From an uncultured Candidatus Saccharibacteria bacterium (GTDB taxonomy: Bacteria; Patescibacteriota; Minisyncoccia; Phycocordibacterales; UBA2100), in assembly GCA_964545165.1 (NCBI GenBank), contig CAZJEQ010000006.1, positions 1 to 62,657 on the forward strand: DNA of 62,657 nucleotides. Direction: 5' to 3'. Positions 42,514 to 52,282 of the stretch are shown here, in pieces. A program made the position numbers and the translations under genes. Position 1 is the stretch's first letter; each line of letters begins with the position of its first letter. The notes beneath the pieces are model-generated. The model saw only the letters and a program-made list of their open reading frames with translations, did not search any database and was not told where the DNA came from.

Positions 42514-45500
42514 ATGTCGGCGCGTGATTTCGTACATCTCCATACGCATAGTCACTATTCCCTCCTTGAAGCACTTCCCAAAGCAGAAGATCTGGTCGCC
42601 GCTGCGGTTGCTGACGGGCAAACGGCGCTCGCACTCACCGACAACGGCAACATGTACGGTGCCATCGATTTCTACAAAGAGGCGACGGCCAAGAAACTGA
42701 AGCCCATTATCGGCGTCGACTTTTTCGTCGCGCCGCGCACACGCCATGACAAAGAGAACAAGACCGATGACAACGCCGGCCGCCTCGTTCTCCTTGCGAC
42801 AAACAAAGCGGGATACATGAATCTCATCTCCCTCGTGAGCACCTCATATATAGAGGGGTTCCACCTGCGTCCACGTATCGATCGCGAGCTGATCGAAAAG
42901 CACCGCGAAGGCCTCCTCGCCATTTTGCCAGCACACGGTGGTGAGCACGCCTATCACCTGCGCCACGGCGCCGTCGATGCCGCTTCACAGTCGCTCGAGT
43001 GGCACAAAAAGATATTCGGTGACGATTGCTACGTCGAAATCACGCGGCATGCGGAAATCCCCGAGCACAACAAGCGCATGACGCAGATCGTGGCATTCGC
43101 GCAGCAACACGGCGTCCCCTGCGTAGCCGCACAAGAGATCTACTATATGAAAGAGGAGGATGCGCTCGCGGCCGATCTCGTAAACAAAATCCGCACCGGC
43201 GGTACGCTCGATCGATCAGTCGAGGAGTACGAGCCTCGCAACTTTGCCTTTGCGAGTAAGTCGCGCATGAACGAACTCTTTAGTGATCTTCCTGAAGCGC
43301 TCGACAACACCATCGCGATCGCCGAGAAATGCAACCTCGAGCTCACACTCGGCAAAGCGATTTTCCCTGTCTTCCCGATCCCGCCGGGCTCAACGCCGGA
43401 CGAGGAGCTCCGCACCCTCGCGCTCGCGGGCATCGCGGAGCGTGAACTGCTCCCGACCGTCGAATTACAGGAGCGCATTGATTACGAACTCGGCATCATC
43501 AAACAAAAAGGGTACGCCTCGTACTTCCTCATCGTCGCCGATCTCCTCGGCTATGCACGCAAGGTGGGTATCTTTACCAACACAAGAGGCTCGGCCGCCG
43601 GCTCGCTCGTCTCCTACCTCTGTGGCATCACGACGGTCGATCCCGTCGCGTTCAACATGCCCTTCGAGCGATTCTTGAACCCCGAGCGCCCCTCAGCACC
43701 GGATATCGATATGGATATCGCCGATAATCGTCGCGATGAGCTGATCGAGTATGCGCGAGAGAAATACGGCGACGATCACGTCGTCCAAATCGGTACCTTC
43801 GGCACCATGATGGCGCGCGCTGCCGTGCGCGATGTCTCGCGCGCACTCGGACACGCGTACGGCACCGGAGACACCATCGCGAAACTCATTCCCTTCGGCA
43901 AGCAGGGCTTCCCCGTCACGATCAAAGGCGCGCTTGAGGAGACCCCGGATCTCAAAGCCCTCTACGACGAAAACCCCGATGCACATGAGATCCTCGACCT
44001 CGCACAAAAGCTCGAGGGCAACGCGCGCCACGTAGGCGTCCATGCTGCGGGCGTCATCCTCGCCCCCGAGCCCGTCATTAATTACGCACCCATCCAACCA
44101 GATCCGAAAGGCGGCAAGACCATCACGCAGTACGACATGTACTCCATCGCCGATGAGTACGGCGGCGTGGGCCTCTTGAAATTCGACTTCCTGGGGCTCA
44201 CCAACCTCTCGGTGCTCGCGGATTCGGTGAAGCGCGTCAAAGAGCGCCTCGGCATCGACGTTGATCTCAACAAAGTCCCGCTCGATGACACAAAGGTCTA
44301 CGAGATGCTCACGCGCGGCGAAACCCTCGGCGTCTTTCAGATGTCGGGATCCGGCATGACCGCCTACCTCAAAGACCTGAAGCCCACGGTCATTCACGAC
44401 CTCAACGCCATGGTCGCCTTGTATCGCCCGGGCCCGATGGCGTTCATTCCCGAGTACATTCTGAACAAACAAAATCCGGCACGCGTGCGCTACCTCGATC
44501 CGCGCATGGAAGCAATTTTGAAGCCCACCTACGGCGTCCTCATTTATCAGGACGACGTGATGATGATGGCCGTGCAACTCGCGGGATACAGCTGGGGCGA
44601 AGCGGATAAATTCCGCAAAGCGATGGGCAAGAAGATCCAGGCAGAAATGGCCGCACAAAAAGAAAAATTCGTCTCGGGCGTCATCGAGCGCGGCATGAAA
44701 AAAGAGTCCGCACAAAAGCTCTGGGAGACCATCGAGACCTTCGCCGCGTACGGCTTCAACAAAGCGCATGCTGCCTCGTACGGCATGCTCGCGTATAAGA
44801 CCGCGTACATGAAGGCCAACTACCCGGTCGATTATATGGCGGCGGTCCTTACGGCAGATTCCGGCGACGTCGAGAAAATCGCGGAGGTCGTCTCGGAATG
44901 CAAACGCATGCAGATCGAGGTCTTGCCACCGTCGGTCAACGAAAGCCAGGCCGACTTCACGGTCGTCGACGACAAGACGATTCGCTTTGGTCTGACCTCG
45001 ATCAAAAATTTTGGTGAAAGCGTCGGGGAGTCGATTATGCAGGCGCAGCCCTTTACCGACATTTCGGATTTCGTTGCACGGGTGCCGGACAAAAACCTCA
45101 ATAAGAAATCGCTCGAATCACTCATCCAGTCGGGCGCGCTCGATGCCTTTGGTGAGCGCGGGTCGCTCCTCGCGAATATCGACAAGCTCCTCGAGGCCCA
45201 CCGCGAATTTACCAAAGCGCCCGTCGGGCAGTCGTCGCTCTTTGGCGCGGTCGCCTCTGCACCGGTGGCGCTCAAGCTCACGCCAGCAGCGCCGGCCACG
45301 ATGGACGAGCGACTCATATGGGAGAAAGAGTTGCTCGGTCTCTATATCTCGGGCCACCCACTCGACAAGCACAAGGCAAAGCTCTCCAATCAAAAGACCA
45401 CGATTAAACACGCTAAAGAACATCTCAAGGGTGTCGAGACGGTGATCGCGGGGTACATCGAAACCATCCAATACATCTTGACCAAGAAGGGCGAGAAAAT

Positions 45501-45675
45501 GGCCTTCCTCAAACTCTCGGATTTTTCGGGCGATGTGGAGGTCGTGATCTTCCCGCGCACCCTCAAGGAGAATGAATCGCTCGTCGTAGCCGGCAGCTGC
45601 ATCATGTGCAAAGGTAAAATCTCGGATCGCAATGGCACGCCATCGTTTGTGGTCGAAAAAATGAAAGCGCTCTAG
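42514..45675 (+). CDS. dnaE: DNA polymerase III alpha subunit
   Basis: 1053 aa. PHP domain FVHLHTHSHYSLLEA, polymerase core (PDIDMDI, GVHAAGV, FDFLGL), C-terminal OB fold. Confidence 0.95.
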   Translation: MSARDFVHLHTHSHYSLLEALPKAEDLVAAAVADGQTALALTDNGNMYGAIDFYKEATAKKLKPIIGVDFFVAPRTRHDKENKTDDNAGRLVLLATNKAGYMNLISLVSTSYIEGFHLRPRIDRELIEKHREGLLAILPAHGGEHAYHLRHGAVDAASQSLEWHKKIFGDDCYVEITRHAEIPEHNKRMTQIVAFAQQHGVPCVAAQEIYYMKEEDALAADLVNKIRTGGTLDRSVEEYEPRNFAFASKSRMNELFSDLPEALDNTIAIAEKCNLELTLGKAIFPVFPIPPGSTPDEELRTLALAGIAERELLPTVELQERIDYELGIIKQKGYASYFLIVADLLGYARKVGIFTNTRGSAAGSLVSYLCGITTVDPVAFNMPFERFLNPERPSAPDIDMDIADNRRDELIEYAREKYGDDHVVQIGTFGTMMARAAVRDVSRALGHAYGTGDTIAKLIPFGKQGFPVTIKGALEETPDLKALYDENPDAHEILDLAQKLEGNARHVGVHAAGVILAPEPVINYAPIQPDPKGGKTITQYDMYSIADEYGGVGLLKFDFLGLTNLSVLADSVKRVKERLGIDVDLNKVPLDDTKVYEMLTRGETLGVFQMSGSGMTAYLKDLKPTVIHDLNAMVALYRPGPMAFIPEYILNKQNPARVRYLDPRMEAILKPTYGVLIYQDDVMMMAVQLAGYSWGEADKFRKAMGKKIQAEMAAQKEKFVSGVIERGMKKESAQKLWETIETFAAYGFNKAHAASYGMLAYKTAYMKANYPVDYMAAVLTADSGDVEKIAEVVSECKRMQIEVLPPSVNESQADFTVVDDKTIRFGLTSIKNFGESVGESIMQAQPFTDISDFVARVPDKNLNKKSLESLIQSGALDAFGERGSLLANIDKLLEAHREFTKAPVGQSSLFGAVASAPVALKLTPAAPATMDERLIWEKELLGLYISGHPLDKHKAKLSNQKTTIKHAKEHLKGVETVIAGYIETIQYILTKKGEKMAFLKLSDFSGDVEVVIFPRTLKENESLVVAGSCIMCKGKISDRNGTPSFVVEKMKAL

Positions 45676-45700
45676 TGTTTGTATTGAGCCAAGTAATTGC

Positions 45701-45706
45701 TATCAT
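45701..45706 (+). promoter_or_regulatory. -10 box TATCAT (TGc-extended), 8 nt before ATG 45715
   Basis: tTGcTATCATcagccgatATG. Confidence 0.45.
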
Positions 45707-45714
45707 CAGCCGAT

Positions 45715-46950
45715 ATGGAACAGGCACCACATGAGAATGATCACAAGAAGCTCGGTAAAGAGCTGGACCTCTTTACCTTCTCCGAAGCCGTCGGCAAAGG
45801 CCTCCCGCTGTGGACCTCGAAGGGCTCGACCATACGCCGCGAGCTCGAGCGCTTCATCGTCGACGAAGAGATCAAGCGCGGCTACCTCCACGTGTACACG
45901 CCGGATATTGCGAAATTGGATTTGTATAAAAAATCTGGTCACTATCCGCACTACAAGGATTCGATGTACGCACCGATCGTGATCGACGACGAGGAATTCA
46001 TGCTGCGCCCGATGACGTGCCCGCACCATTTCGAACTGTACCTCTCAAAACCACATAGCTACCGCGAGCTTCCGATGCGCATCGCAGAATTGGCGAAGCT
46101 CTACCGCTACGAACAATCGGGCGAATTGATGGGGCTCCAGCGCGTACGCAGCTTCTGCCTCGCCGACGCGCACATCATCTGTGCATCAGAGCAGCAAGCG
46201 GCCGACGAAGTCGCCAAGGCACTCGATCTCATCGTCTTCGTCGCTGGCATTTTCGGTCTCAAGCCCGGCAATGATTTCCATTTCCGCCTCTCACTCGGCG
46301 ATCGCACCAACACCGAGAAATACTACAAAAACGACGCCGCATGGGAGATGGGCGAAGCCCTTTTGCGCGAAGTCCTCGAAAAACGCGGTGAGAAATTCGC
46401 CGAAGCCAAGGACGAGGCTGCGTTTTATGGACCGAAAATCGACGTGCAGATGAAAAACGTCAACGGTAAGGAAGACACTGCCTTTACGGTGCAGTACGAC
46501 TTTTGCATGCCGGATCGCTTCGACCTCACGTACATGGCGGACGATGGCACCAAGAAGCGTGCCTTCGTTGTGCATCGCTCATCGATCGGCGCGATCGAGC
46601 GCATCGTGGCATTCCTGATCGAAAAATACGGCGGCGCATTCCCCCTCTGGCTTGCACCGACACACATCAAGATTCTTCCGATATCCGAGAAACACGTCGC
46701 GTATGCCGATACCGTCTTTGCCGCGCTCAAAGAAGCCAACATTCGCGTCGAAATGGACACCAACGATTCCCTCGGCAAACGCGTGCGCAATGCCAAGATG
46801 GAAAAGGTTCCCTACTTCATCGTCATCGGCGACGCAGAAGTAGACGCGCAGAATGTCACGGTCGAATCACGCAGTGGCGGTAAAGAAACGCTGACCATGC
46901 CAGAGCTCCTCGCAAAACTCCAAGACGAGATCCGCACGAAGGCGCAGTAA
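45715..46950 (+). CDS. thrS: threonine--tRNA ligase, catalytic core plus anticodon-binding domain only
   Basis: HKKLGKELDLFTFSE...LWTSKGSTIRRELE...SGHYPHYKDSMY...MTCPHH...FHFRLS...HRSSIG. About 411 aa, with no TGS or N2 editing domains. Confidence 0.9.
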   Translation: MEQAPHENDHKKLGKELDLFTFSEAVGKGLPLWTSKGSTIRRELERFIVDEEIKRGYLHVYTPDIAKLDLYKKSGHYPHYKDSMYAPIVIDDEEFMLRPMTCPHHFELYLSKPHSYRELPMRIAELAKLYRYEQSGELMGLQRVRSFCLADAHIICASEQQAADEVAKALDLIVFVAGIFGLKPGNDFHFRLSLGDRTNTEKYYKNDAAWEMGEALLREVLEKRGEKFAEAKDEAAFYGPKIDVQMKNVNGKEDTAFTVQYDFCMPDRFDLTYMADDGTKKRAFVVHRSSIGAIERIVAFLIEKYGGAFPLWLAPTHIKILPISEKHVAYADTVFAALKEANIRVEMDTNDSLGKRVRNAKMEKVPYFIVIGDAEVDAQNVTVESRSGGKETLTMPELLAKLQDEIRTKAQ

Positions 46951-46963
46951 CGAATCTCTACGA

Positions 46964-47004
46964 AAACAGCCCCGCTTTCGCGGGGCTGTTTCGTTTCACT
47001 TTTT
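46964..47004. terminator. terminator after thrS
   Basis: AACAGCCCCGC-tttc-GCGGGGCTGTT followed by tcgtttcacTTTTT. Confidence 0.8.
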
Positions 47005-47038
47005 GGAAGCCTGTGCGGCTGGCGGACTTGCGCGCGTA

Positions 47039-48895
47039 TTAGGCGCGGGAGATCACGATGCGAGGCGTGCCATCACTACCTCGCGTGATAAACATCGTAT
47101 CTTTCATTTCGTGTGCTGGTGCAGCAACCGGAGCCTCATGCGTGGTGACCGGCGTCTCCTCGTGAGCAACTTCGGAAGCAGCGACATGTGCCTGCGTGCC
47201 GTTCATGGCGCGAGCGAGCGCGAGGATGCCACCATTGTGGTAGAGCGCGAAGTACGCAGCACCGATCGCAACTGCAGCGAGGCCAAAGAAATACATCGCG
47301 TTGCCGAAGGGACCGAAGTCGAAGCCCGTGTACGGAATCTGCGAGAGCGAGACGTATGGCGCAGAGCCAGAAACGTTGACCGTGACCGAGCAGATGTTGG
47401 ATCCACCCTGACCGTAGATCGTGAGCGTGTACGTACGAGTGGTGTCGGGGCGCACCGCGAGCGTGCCGCGAGCAGAGACGAGTCCGATGCCATCCGAGAG
47501 GAATGCACTCGTGCCATTCGATGTCCACGAGAGGTACGATGCCTGACCATTCTGGATGACGGTCGGCGAGGCGGTGATGGTGCAGTAGACGCTCTGGTTG
47601 TAGGTCGTCGGGTACGTCGGCTGGTAGATCGGCTGGGTGTAATTCGGGTAGTTGTAGATCGGAGTGACCTGTGGGAACTGGTACTGGATGATCGGCTGCG
47701 GCGTGACCGGGTAGAGATGCGTCACCGATGCCGGATTATTCGTGGTGTTGAAGCTGCCAGAGATCGAATTGTCGACGTAGCTGGAGTTGAAGCTGCCGTT
47801 GATTGAATTATCAACGAAGCTGTTGTCTACGTACGAGCTGTTGCAGCTCCCGCCCGTGCAGTAATTGGAGTTGACCGTGGTGTTGTTCGGCTGCACCGGA
47901 TAGATCGGGCTCGGCTGTGGCTGCGGATAGTTCGGCGTCGGGTAGTACGTTGGCGTCTGATAGTTCGGATAGCTGTAATTCGGGTAGCTCTGATACTGCT
48001 GCTGCGCGTAGTACGGGCGCTGCTGCTGCGCGAGCGCGGCAGCGGCAAGGGTGCTGCCGTAGCCCGTGCTGTATCCGAACGACGAACCCTGCGTCGCGTA
48101 GCTCGGGGTGTTGTAGCCTGCTGCTGCCAACGCCTGCTGCTGGTAGCTCGTGGCCGTCTGCGTCTGCGTCGTGGTCGTCGTGTAGCAATCGCATGCCTGG
48201 TTGTAGACCGTCTGCGTCTGACCCGGTGTGGTCTGCGTCTGGCCAGGCGTGGTCTGCGTCGTCACGGTGTTCGGGTAGAACGTAGAGGTTGTCTGCGTAT
48301 TTGGGTAGAACGTCGAGGTCGTCTCAGTATTTGGGTAGAACGTCCCGGTCTGCGTCGTGTTTGGGTAGAACGCGCCCGTGTACGGGCTGTCACCGTAGAA
48401 GCTACCGCCCCACGTGGAGTCATCGTAGAAGGAGCCGCCGTACGACGAGTCGTCGTAGAAACCGCCGCCCCATGAGGAGTCGTCATAGAATGATCCGCCG
48501 TAGGAGGCGTCATCGTAGAAACCGCCGCCCCACGAGGAGTCGTCATAGAATGATCCGCCGTAAGAAGCATCATCATAGAAGGCACCGCCCCATGAGGAGT
48601 CGTCATAGAAAGAACCTCCGTACGACGAGTCGTCGTAGAAGGAGCCACCGTAAGAAGCATCATCGTAGAAGGAGCCGCCGTACGATGCATCGTCATAGAA
48701 TGATCCGCCGTAGGAGGCGTCATCGTAGAAGGAGCCGCCGTACGACGAGTCGTCGTAGAAACCGCCGCCCCACGAATCGTCAAAGCCCATATCGGCACGC
48801 GCGATAGACACGCTAGAGAGCGAGGCACCGAGAGCAAACACGAGTGCTGCGATTGCGAGCGCGATATTGAACTTACCTGAGATGATGTTCTTCAT
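47039..48895 (-). CDS. large secreted repeat protein with C-terminal IPYTG-plus-TM segment
   Basis: Start ATG 48895 (signal peptide MKNIISGKFNIALAIAALVFALGASLSSVSIARA). Decapeptide repeats, a Q/Y/P-rich region, an Ig-like domain, then LSQIPYTGFDFGP plus a TM helix and a 66-aa tail. Confidence 0.8.
   Translation of the reverse strand: MKNIISGKFNIALAIAALVFALGASLSSVSIARADMGFDDSWGGGFYDDSSYGGSFYDDASYGGSFYDDASYGGSFYDDASYGGSFYDDSSYGGSFYDDSSWGGAFYDDASYGGSFYDDSSWGGGFYDDASYGGSFYDDSSWGGGFYDDSSYGGSFYDDSTWGGSFYGDSPYTGAFYPNTTQTGTFYPNTETTSTFYPNTQTTSTFYPNTVTTQTTPGQTQTTPGQTQTVYNQACDCYTTTTTQTQTATSYQQQALAAAGYNTPSYATQGSSFGYSTGYGSTLAAAALAQQQRPYYAQQQYQSYPNYSYPNYQTPTYYPTPNYPQPQPSPIYPVQPNNTTVNSNYCTGGSCNSSYVDNSFVDNSINGSFNSSYVDNSISGSFNTTNNPASVTHLYPVTPQPIIQYQFPQVTPIYNYPNYTQPIYQPTYPTTYNQSVYCTITASPTVIQNGQASYLSWTSNGTSAFLSDGIGLVSARGTLAVRPDTTRTYTLTIYGQGGSNICSVTVNVSGSAPYVSLSQIPYTGFDFGPFGNAMYFFGLAAVAIGAAYFALYHNGGILALARAMNGTQAHVAASEVAHEETPVTTHEAPVAAPAHEMKDTMFITRGSDGTPRIVISRA
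48275..48781 (-). repeat. 30-bp-period coding tandem repeat (17 decapeptide units ending in FY)
   Basis: 14 units of DD[SA][SST][YW]GG[SGA]FY, followed by 3 units of PNTxTT[GS]TFY. Units are highly similar at the DNA level. Confidence 0.9.
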
Positions 48896-48932
48896 AATTA
48901 CACGTAATTTTATAATTTTGTAAAGCGTTGGG

Positions 48933-48960
48933 ATTATACAAACGTCTTCCGGATTGTCAA
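48933..48960 (-). promoter_or_regulatory. consensus promoter TTGACA-16-TATAAT for the repeat protein
   Basis: Minus strand TTGACA (48960-48955), 16-nt spacer, TATAAT (48938-48933), then an AT-rich leader of about 37 nt without SD. Confidence 0.7.
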
Positions 48961-49035
48961 CTAGATTGTGAAGAAGTGGGGGTGCGGGCAATTCCGAAGA
49001 ATCGCCCGCACCGTCCACATTGTCGTGTCCCCTCC

Positions 49036-49662
49036 TTAGAGGTACTTGCCGAGCTCCACCGGCTGGTCGAACTTGCCGTTGAACTCACCGTAGGCACACT
49101 TGCCGCCCTCGCTGTTGGAGCAGGAGCGCAGCTCGAACGGGCCGATCGTCGGCGGGACGAGGATCACGAAGTACTCGTGGCTCGTCGTCACCTTGGTGAT
49201 CTTGGAGACGACGCCGATGTTGCCTTCGCGACACTGCGCCGTACCCGAGACGATCTGCTTGTTCGCGTCGACGCGATCGAGGCCCTGACCGCCGGGAAGC
49301 ATGACGCGAACGGGCGCGCCGACGGTGTTTGCGCCGGTCTTCGGCCGCTGCACCGTCACTTGCTTGTAGGCCGGGTCAGCAACCGTCGGGGTCGCATTCG
49401 CCTGACAGCCCGGATCACCCTGGGTGCGCGCCATCGCGATGAGCGGCGGCGCCTTGGGGGTGGGCTGTGCCGTAGGCGGCGTAGCCGGTGCCGGCGGAGT
49501 TGCTGGGGCAGCCTGCTGCGGCGGAACAACGGTCGGCGGTGCCGACTGCTGCTGCGGAGCTGCGGGCTGCGGCGGAGTCACCGTCTGAGCGACCGTGGTC
49601 GACGCGATACCGACAGCAACCATGAACGCCAGAGTCGAGATGATGGTACGCATGATGCGCAT
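49036..49662 (-). CDS. secreted protein with Pro/Ala/Gln-rich linker and 4-Cys C-terminal domain
   Basis: Signal peptide MRTIISTLAFMVAVGIASTTVAQ. The start may be the second ATG (49653). Confidence 0.65.
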   Translation of the reverse strand: MRIMRTIISTLAFMVAVGIASTTVAQTVTPPQPAAPQQQSAPPTVVPPQQAAPATPPAPATPPTAQPTPKAPPLIAMARTQGDPGCQANATPTVADPAYKQVTVQRPKTGANTVGAPVRVMLPGGQGLDRVDANKQIVSGTAQCREGNIGVVSKITKVTTSHEYFVILVPPTIGPFELRSCSNSEGGKCAYGEFNGKFDQPVELGKYL

Positions 49663-49750
49663 TCCTTCTATAGTGTGGGGTTTAACAATGTGGGAACCGT
49701 GAAGAACTCATCAGATCGCGATGCACGAGGCATCTCAATCCTTACTGTCT

Positions 49751-49778
49751 ATTATATCAGATATATTTCACTTGTCAA
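49751..49778 (-). promoter_or_regulatory. consensus promoter TTGACA-16-TATAAT
   Basis: Minus strand TTGACA (49778-49773), 16-nt spacer, TATAAT (49756-49751). Confidence 0.65.
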
Positions 49779-49859
49779 GTATGAAAAGAAAGAGAGGGTG
49801 GGAGGGTATTGCGCACCCCTCCCCCCTCTTACTTGCTGCCATGCGCTCGGCACGGACAG

Positions 49860-50336
49860 TTACTGCTTCGGCGTCTCGCCATGATTGGCGGTACAGCCGA
49901 GTACGCCGTTGATGATCACCTGTCGCGTACGCGGATCCAAGCAGATCGGCTGCGGCTGCGACCACTTGAACTCGATCGAGGCGACCGAGTCCGCACGACG
50001 CGGAATCACCTCTGCCGGCATAAAGCTCGGACGACCGCGCCCCATGTCCACCGTAGGCGGCGCGACGCGCGAGGGCACAACGCCCGGGAGCGTGACCGTC
50101 TCCACGGCAGCCTGAGCCGGAGCGCTCGCGACGACCTTGCGGGCCGGCGCGGCATTCCGCACGACCGTGGTCGCCACAGGCGCCTCCTGCACTGCCAGGA
50201 TCGTGATCTGCTGCGGCGGGCAGCGCGGATCCGCGGACGGGCAGTAGGGGCCGTTGTTGACTGTCTGCTGCGGAATGGCACAGGCAGCGGTGAGCGACAC
50301 CATGGCCATCGCAGCGAACAACTTGAGCTTGCTCAT
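49860..50336 (-). CDS. putative lipoprotein, Cys-rich (158 aa)
   Basis: Start ATG 50336 after GAGGAGagttctg. Lipobox-like LTAAC. Ala/Pro/Val-rich linker and C-terminal Cys pairs. Confidence 0.6.
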   Translation of the reverse strand: MSKLKLFAAMAMVSLTAACAIPQQTVNNGPYCPSADPRCPPQQITILAVQEAPVATTVVRNAAPARKVVASAPAQAAVETVTLPGVVPSRVAPPTVDMGRGRPSFMPAEVIPRRADSVASIEFKWSQPQPICLDPRTRQVIINGVLGCTANHGETPKQ

Positions 50337-50529
50337 CAGAACTCTCCTCACGAAATGTGCTGGGCACCGCACGTCATCAGTGACGTGGGTGAACTCTCCT
50401 GGTTGCGAGAGTCCGATGCCATCCGAATTCATTCGGGTAGCTTCGGAATATCACAAGCATCGAAACTTCTGATGAAGAAGCTTCGGGACGAGCAGCAGAA
50501 TACATCTGCCGCTCGTCCCGCGCAAAGAT

Positions 50530-50940
50530 CTACGGTCTGCCAGGTCGTGTCACCCAGCACCCATCAGCGGTCCAACGGATGGACTCGCCCTTTGACGGAT
50601 CCGCCTGACAGCGTGAATCCGCCGTGGTTGTACGCGTGTCGATGCTGCCGTCCTTGTTCTTCGACGTCTCGACACGAAGCACGAGTGGCGCCTGTTGCGC
50701 TTGCACCGGTGCCGGCGGGACACTTGCGTATCCTGGAGCCGGCGTGACCCCCTGGAAGGATGGTCGCTGTTGCTGCGTATCGGGTACCGCTATCACACAG
50801 TTCCCGAACTTTACGCAGTCGTAGCGATACGCTTGTAGGGCGTAATTCGCGGCAAGGGCAAGCACGCCAACGCCGATCGCGAAGACGAACACCTTGCCGG
50901 CGAAGCCGATGCCGCCGCCATGACCACTATCTCCTGACAT
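50530..50940 (-). CDS. membrane-anchored Cys-rich protein (136 aa)
   Basis: Start ATG 50940 after GAGGAGatgag. One TM helix, then a 4-Cys ectodomain. Confidence 0.6.
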   Translation of the reverse strand: MSGDSGHGGGIGFAGKVFVFAIGVGVLALAANYALQAYRYDCVKFGNCVIAVPDTQQQRPSFQGVTPAPGYASVPPAPVQAQQAPLVLRVETSKNKDGSIDTRTTTADSRCQADPSKGESIRWTADGCWVTRPGRP

Positions 50941-50968
50941 CTCATCTCCTCTCTTTCTGGAATGACGA

Positions 50969-51436
50969 TCAGTGTTGCTTGGTGAGCCAGTGAGCATGCC
51001 AGAGCAACAGCGCATCAATGATGCCTGCGCCCAAGGCGTTGATCCAGATCAGCCAGGTCCAGCGATTTGGCGTCGCGAATCCGGCGAGCAAGCAGACTCC
51101 GACTATCGCGACGATGACAATGGTCGCGAGCGACGAGAGCAGCTCGATGCCGCTGAGCACGGAGTGCTTGTAGCTCTCCGCAAGGATCACGACCGACGCC
51201 ACCTGAATGAGGGTGAAGAAGGTCGTGGTCACGCCCCACAGATCTTGGATTTCGTTGTACTTGTTCGGATTGAACGATTCGCCGAACAAGCAGAGCACGA
51301 AAACGGCGATAGCGTAGCCAACCGCAACCGCAACCGCGAGCAGGTCAAGGAGACCGTGCTTGCGCGCATGAGGTGCAGCGGGCGCTGTGGGTGCCGTGCC
51401 GGCAGGTGCCGGAGCGGTCGTTGTCGGAGTAGCCAT
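50969..51436 (-). CDS. integral membrane protein (155 aa)
   Basis: Thr/Pro/Ala-rich N-terminus and 4 TM helices. Promoter TTGACA-16-TATGAT (51526-51499) and SD GGGAGAG. Confidence 0.6.
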   Translation of the reverse strand: MATPTTTAPAPAGTAPTAPAAPHARKHGLLDLLAVAVAVGYAIAVFVLCLFGESFNPNKYNEIQDLWGVTTTFFTLIQVASVVILAESYKHSVLSGIELLSSLATIVIVAIVGVCLLAGFATPNRWTWLIWINALGAGIIDALLLWHAHWLTKQH

Positions 51437-51579
51437 TACTTTTCTCTCCCGTGTTGAATCAAGGAACGCCCAAAATAGGGCACAATTTGGGTCTAAATAT
51501 CATATATGAAATTGCCGATTTGTCAAGTACCCCTCCTTGACAAAACAGCTTAATTGATGCAATTTATCGATAGCCGCGT

Positions 51580-52137
51580 ATGACGGGATTCATACAGTCA
51601 TCAATGGGGAGTCCCATGGCGCACGGAGCAATTCCCGAACTTGTCGTTCCTCTCGCAAATGGCCAGAAGGCACCGCGTACGAAGCATCGCGGAATGAAAG
51701 CGGTGCTGTACTACACTCCGCTGTTCACCTTCGCGCTCATCTACTACCTGGTCCTGAAGTTCGTGATCAACGACCTGCAGGTGGCAGTCCCTTTTACCTA
51801 CGGGGACTTCAAGGTGACGTGGGCACAGACGATCTACGTACTGTCCTTCCTGTTCTTCGCGCTGGAGCTCTTGAAGGTGTCAAGAAAGCAGCAGGATAAC
51901 ACCACCGAGGTCAACTGGATGATGGGCGCAGCGATTGTGCTCTTCATCATACCGCTCGCTCTCACCGCCGGTGCGTGGATAGCAGCCCAGCGATCCGGCG
52001 TCCCCGATCCGGACGTGGAGGCGATCGCACACTTCCTGTTCAATACGGACTTCGTCTTCCTCACTGCTCAGGTGTCGCTGCTCTTGCCGATCGCGTACAG
52101 AATCAACACGGCGACCTCACAAATGGCGGTTGTGTAG
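51580..52137 (+). CDS. integral membrane protein (185 aa)
   Basis: 4-5 TM helices. Divergent from 50969-51436 across the inverted TTGTCAAG..CTTGACAA pair. Terminator hairpin GGCGGCG..CGCCGCC at about 52176-52215. Confidence 0.55.
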   Translation: MTGFIQSSMGSPMAHGAIPELVVPLANGQKAPRTKHRGMKAVLYYTPLFTFALIYYLVLKFVINDLQVAVPFTYGDFKVTWAQTIYVLSFLFFALELLKVSRKQQDNTTEVNWMMGAAIVLFIIPLALTAGAWIAAQRSGVPDPDVEAIAHFLFNTDFVFLTAQVSLLLPIAYRINTATSQMAVV

Positions 52138-52282
52138 CGCACGGCAGCACATCGCAACAGCGATATATGTTCTTCGGCGGCGGGCACCTGTGCTCGCCGC
52201 CGATTCGTTTTTATAAAAAAGAAAGCGCGGGTCTCATCGAATCGTGATGAGCCCGCACTCTTGTGGCACCGAGGTGCCTGAT

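Noticed and set aside
42106-42747. 213-aa minus-strand ORF spanning the rnhB-dnaE spacer.
   Set aside because: It overlaps the 5' ends of both rnhB and dnaE and has no SD. The spacer is better explained by the SD-led 57-aa ORF in another frame.
48275-48781. Regular 30-bp periodic DNA repeat that could be mistaken for a CRISPR or satellite array.
   Set aside because: There are no unique spacers between units. The period is a multiple of 3. The whole array lies in frame inside a long ORF with a signal peptide, so it is a coding decapeptide repeat.
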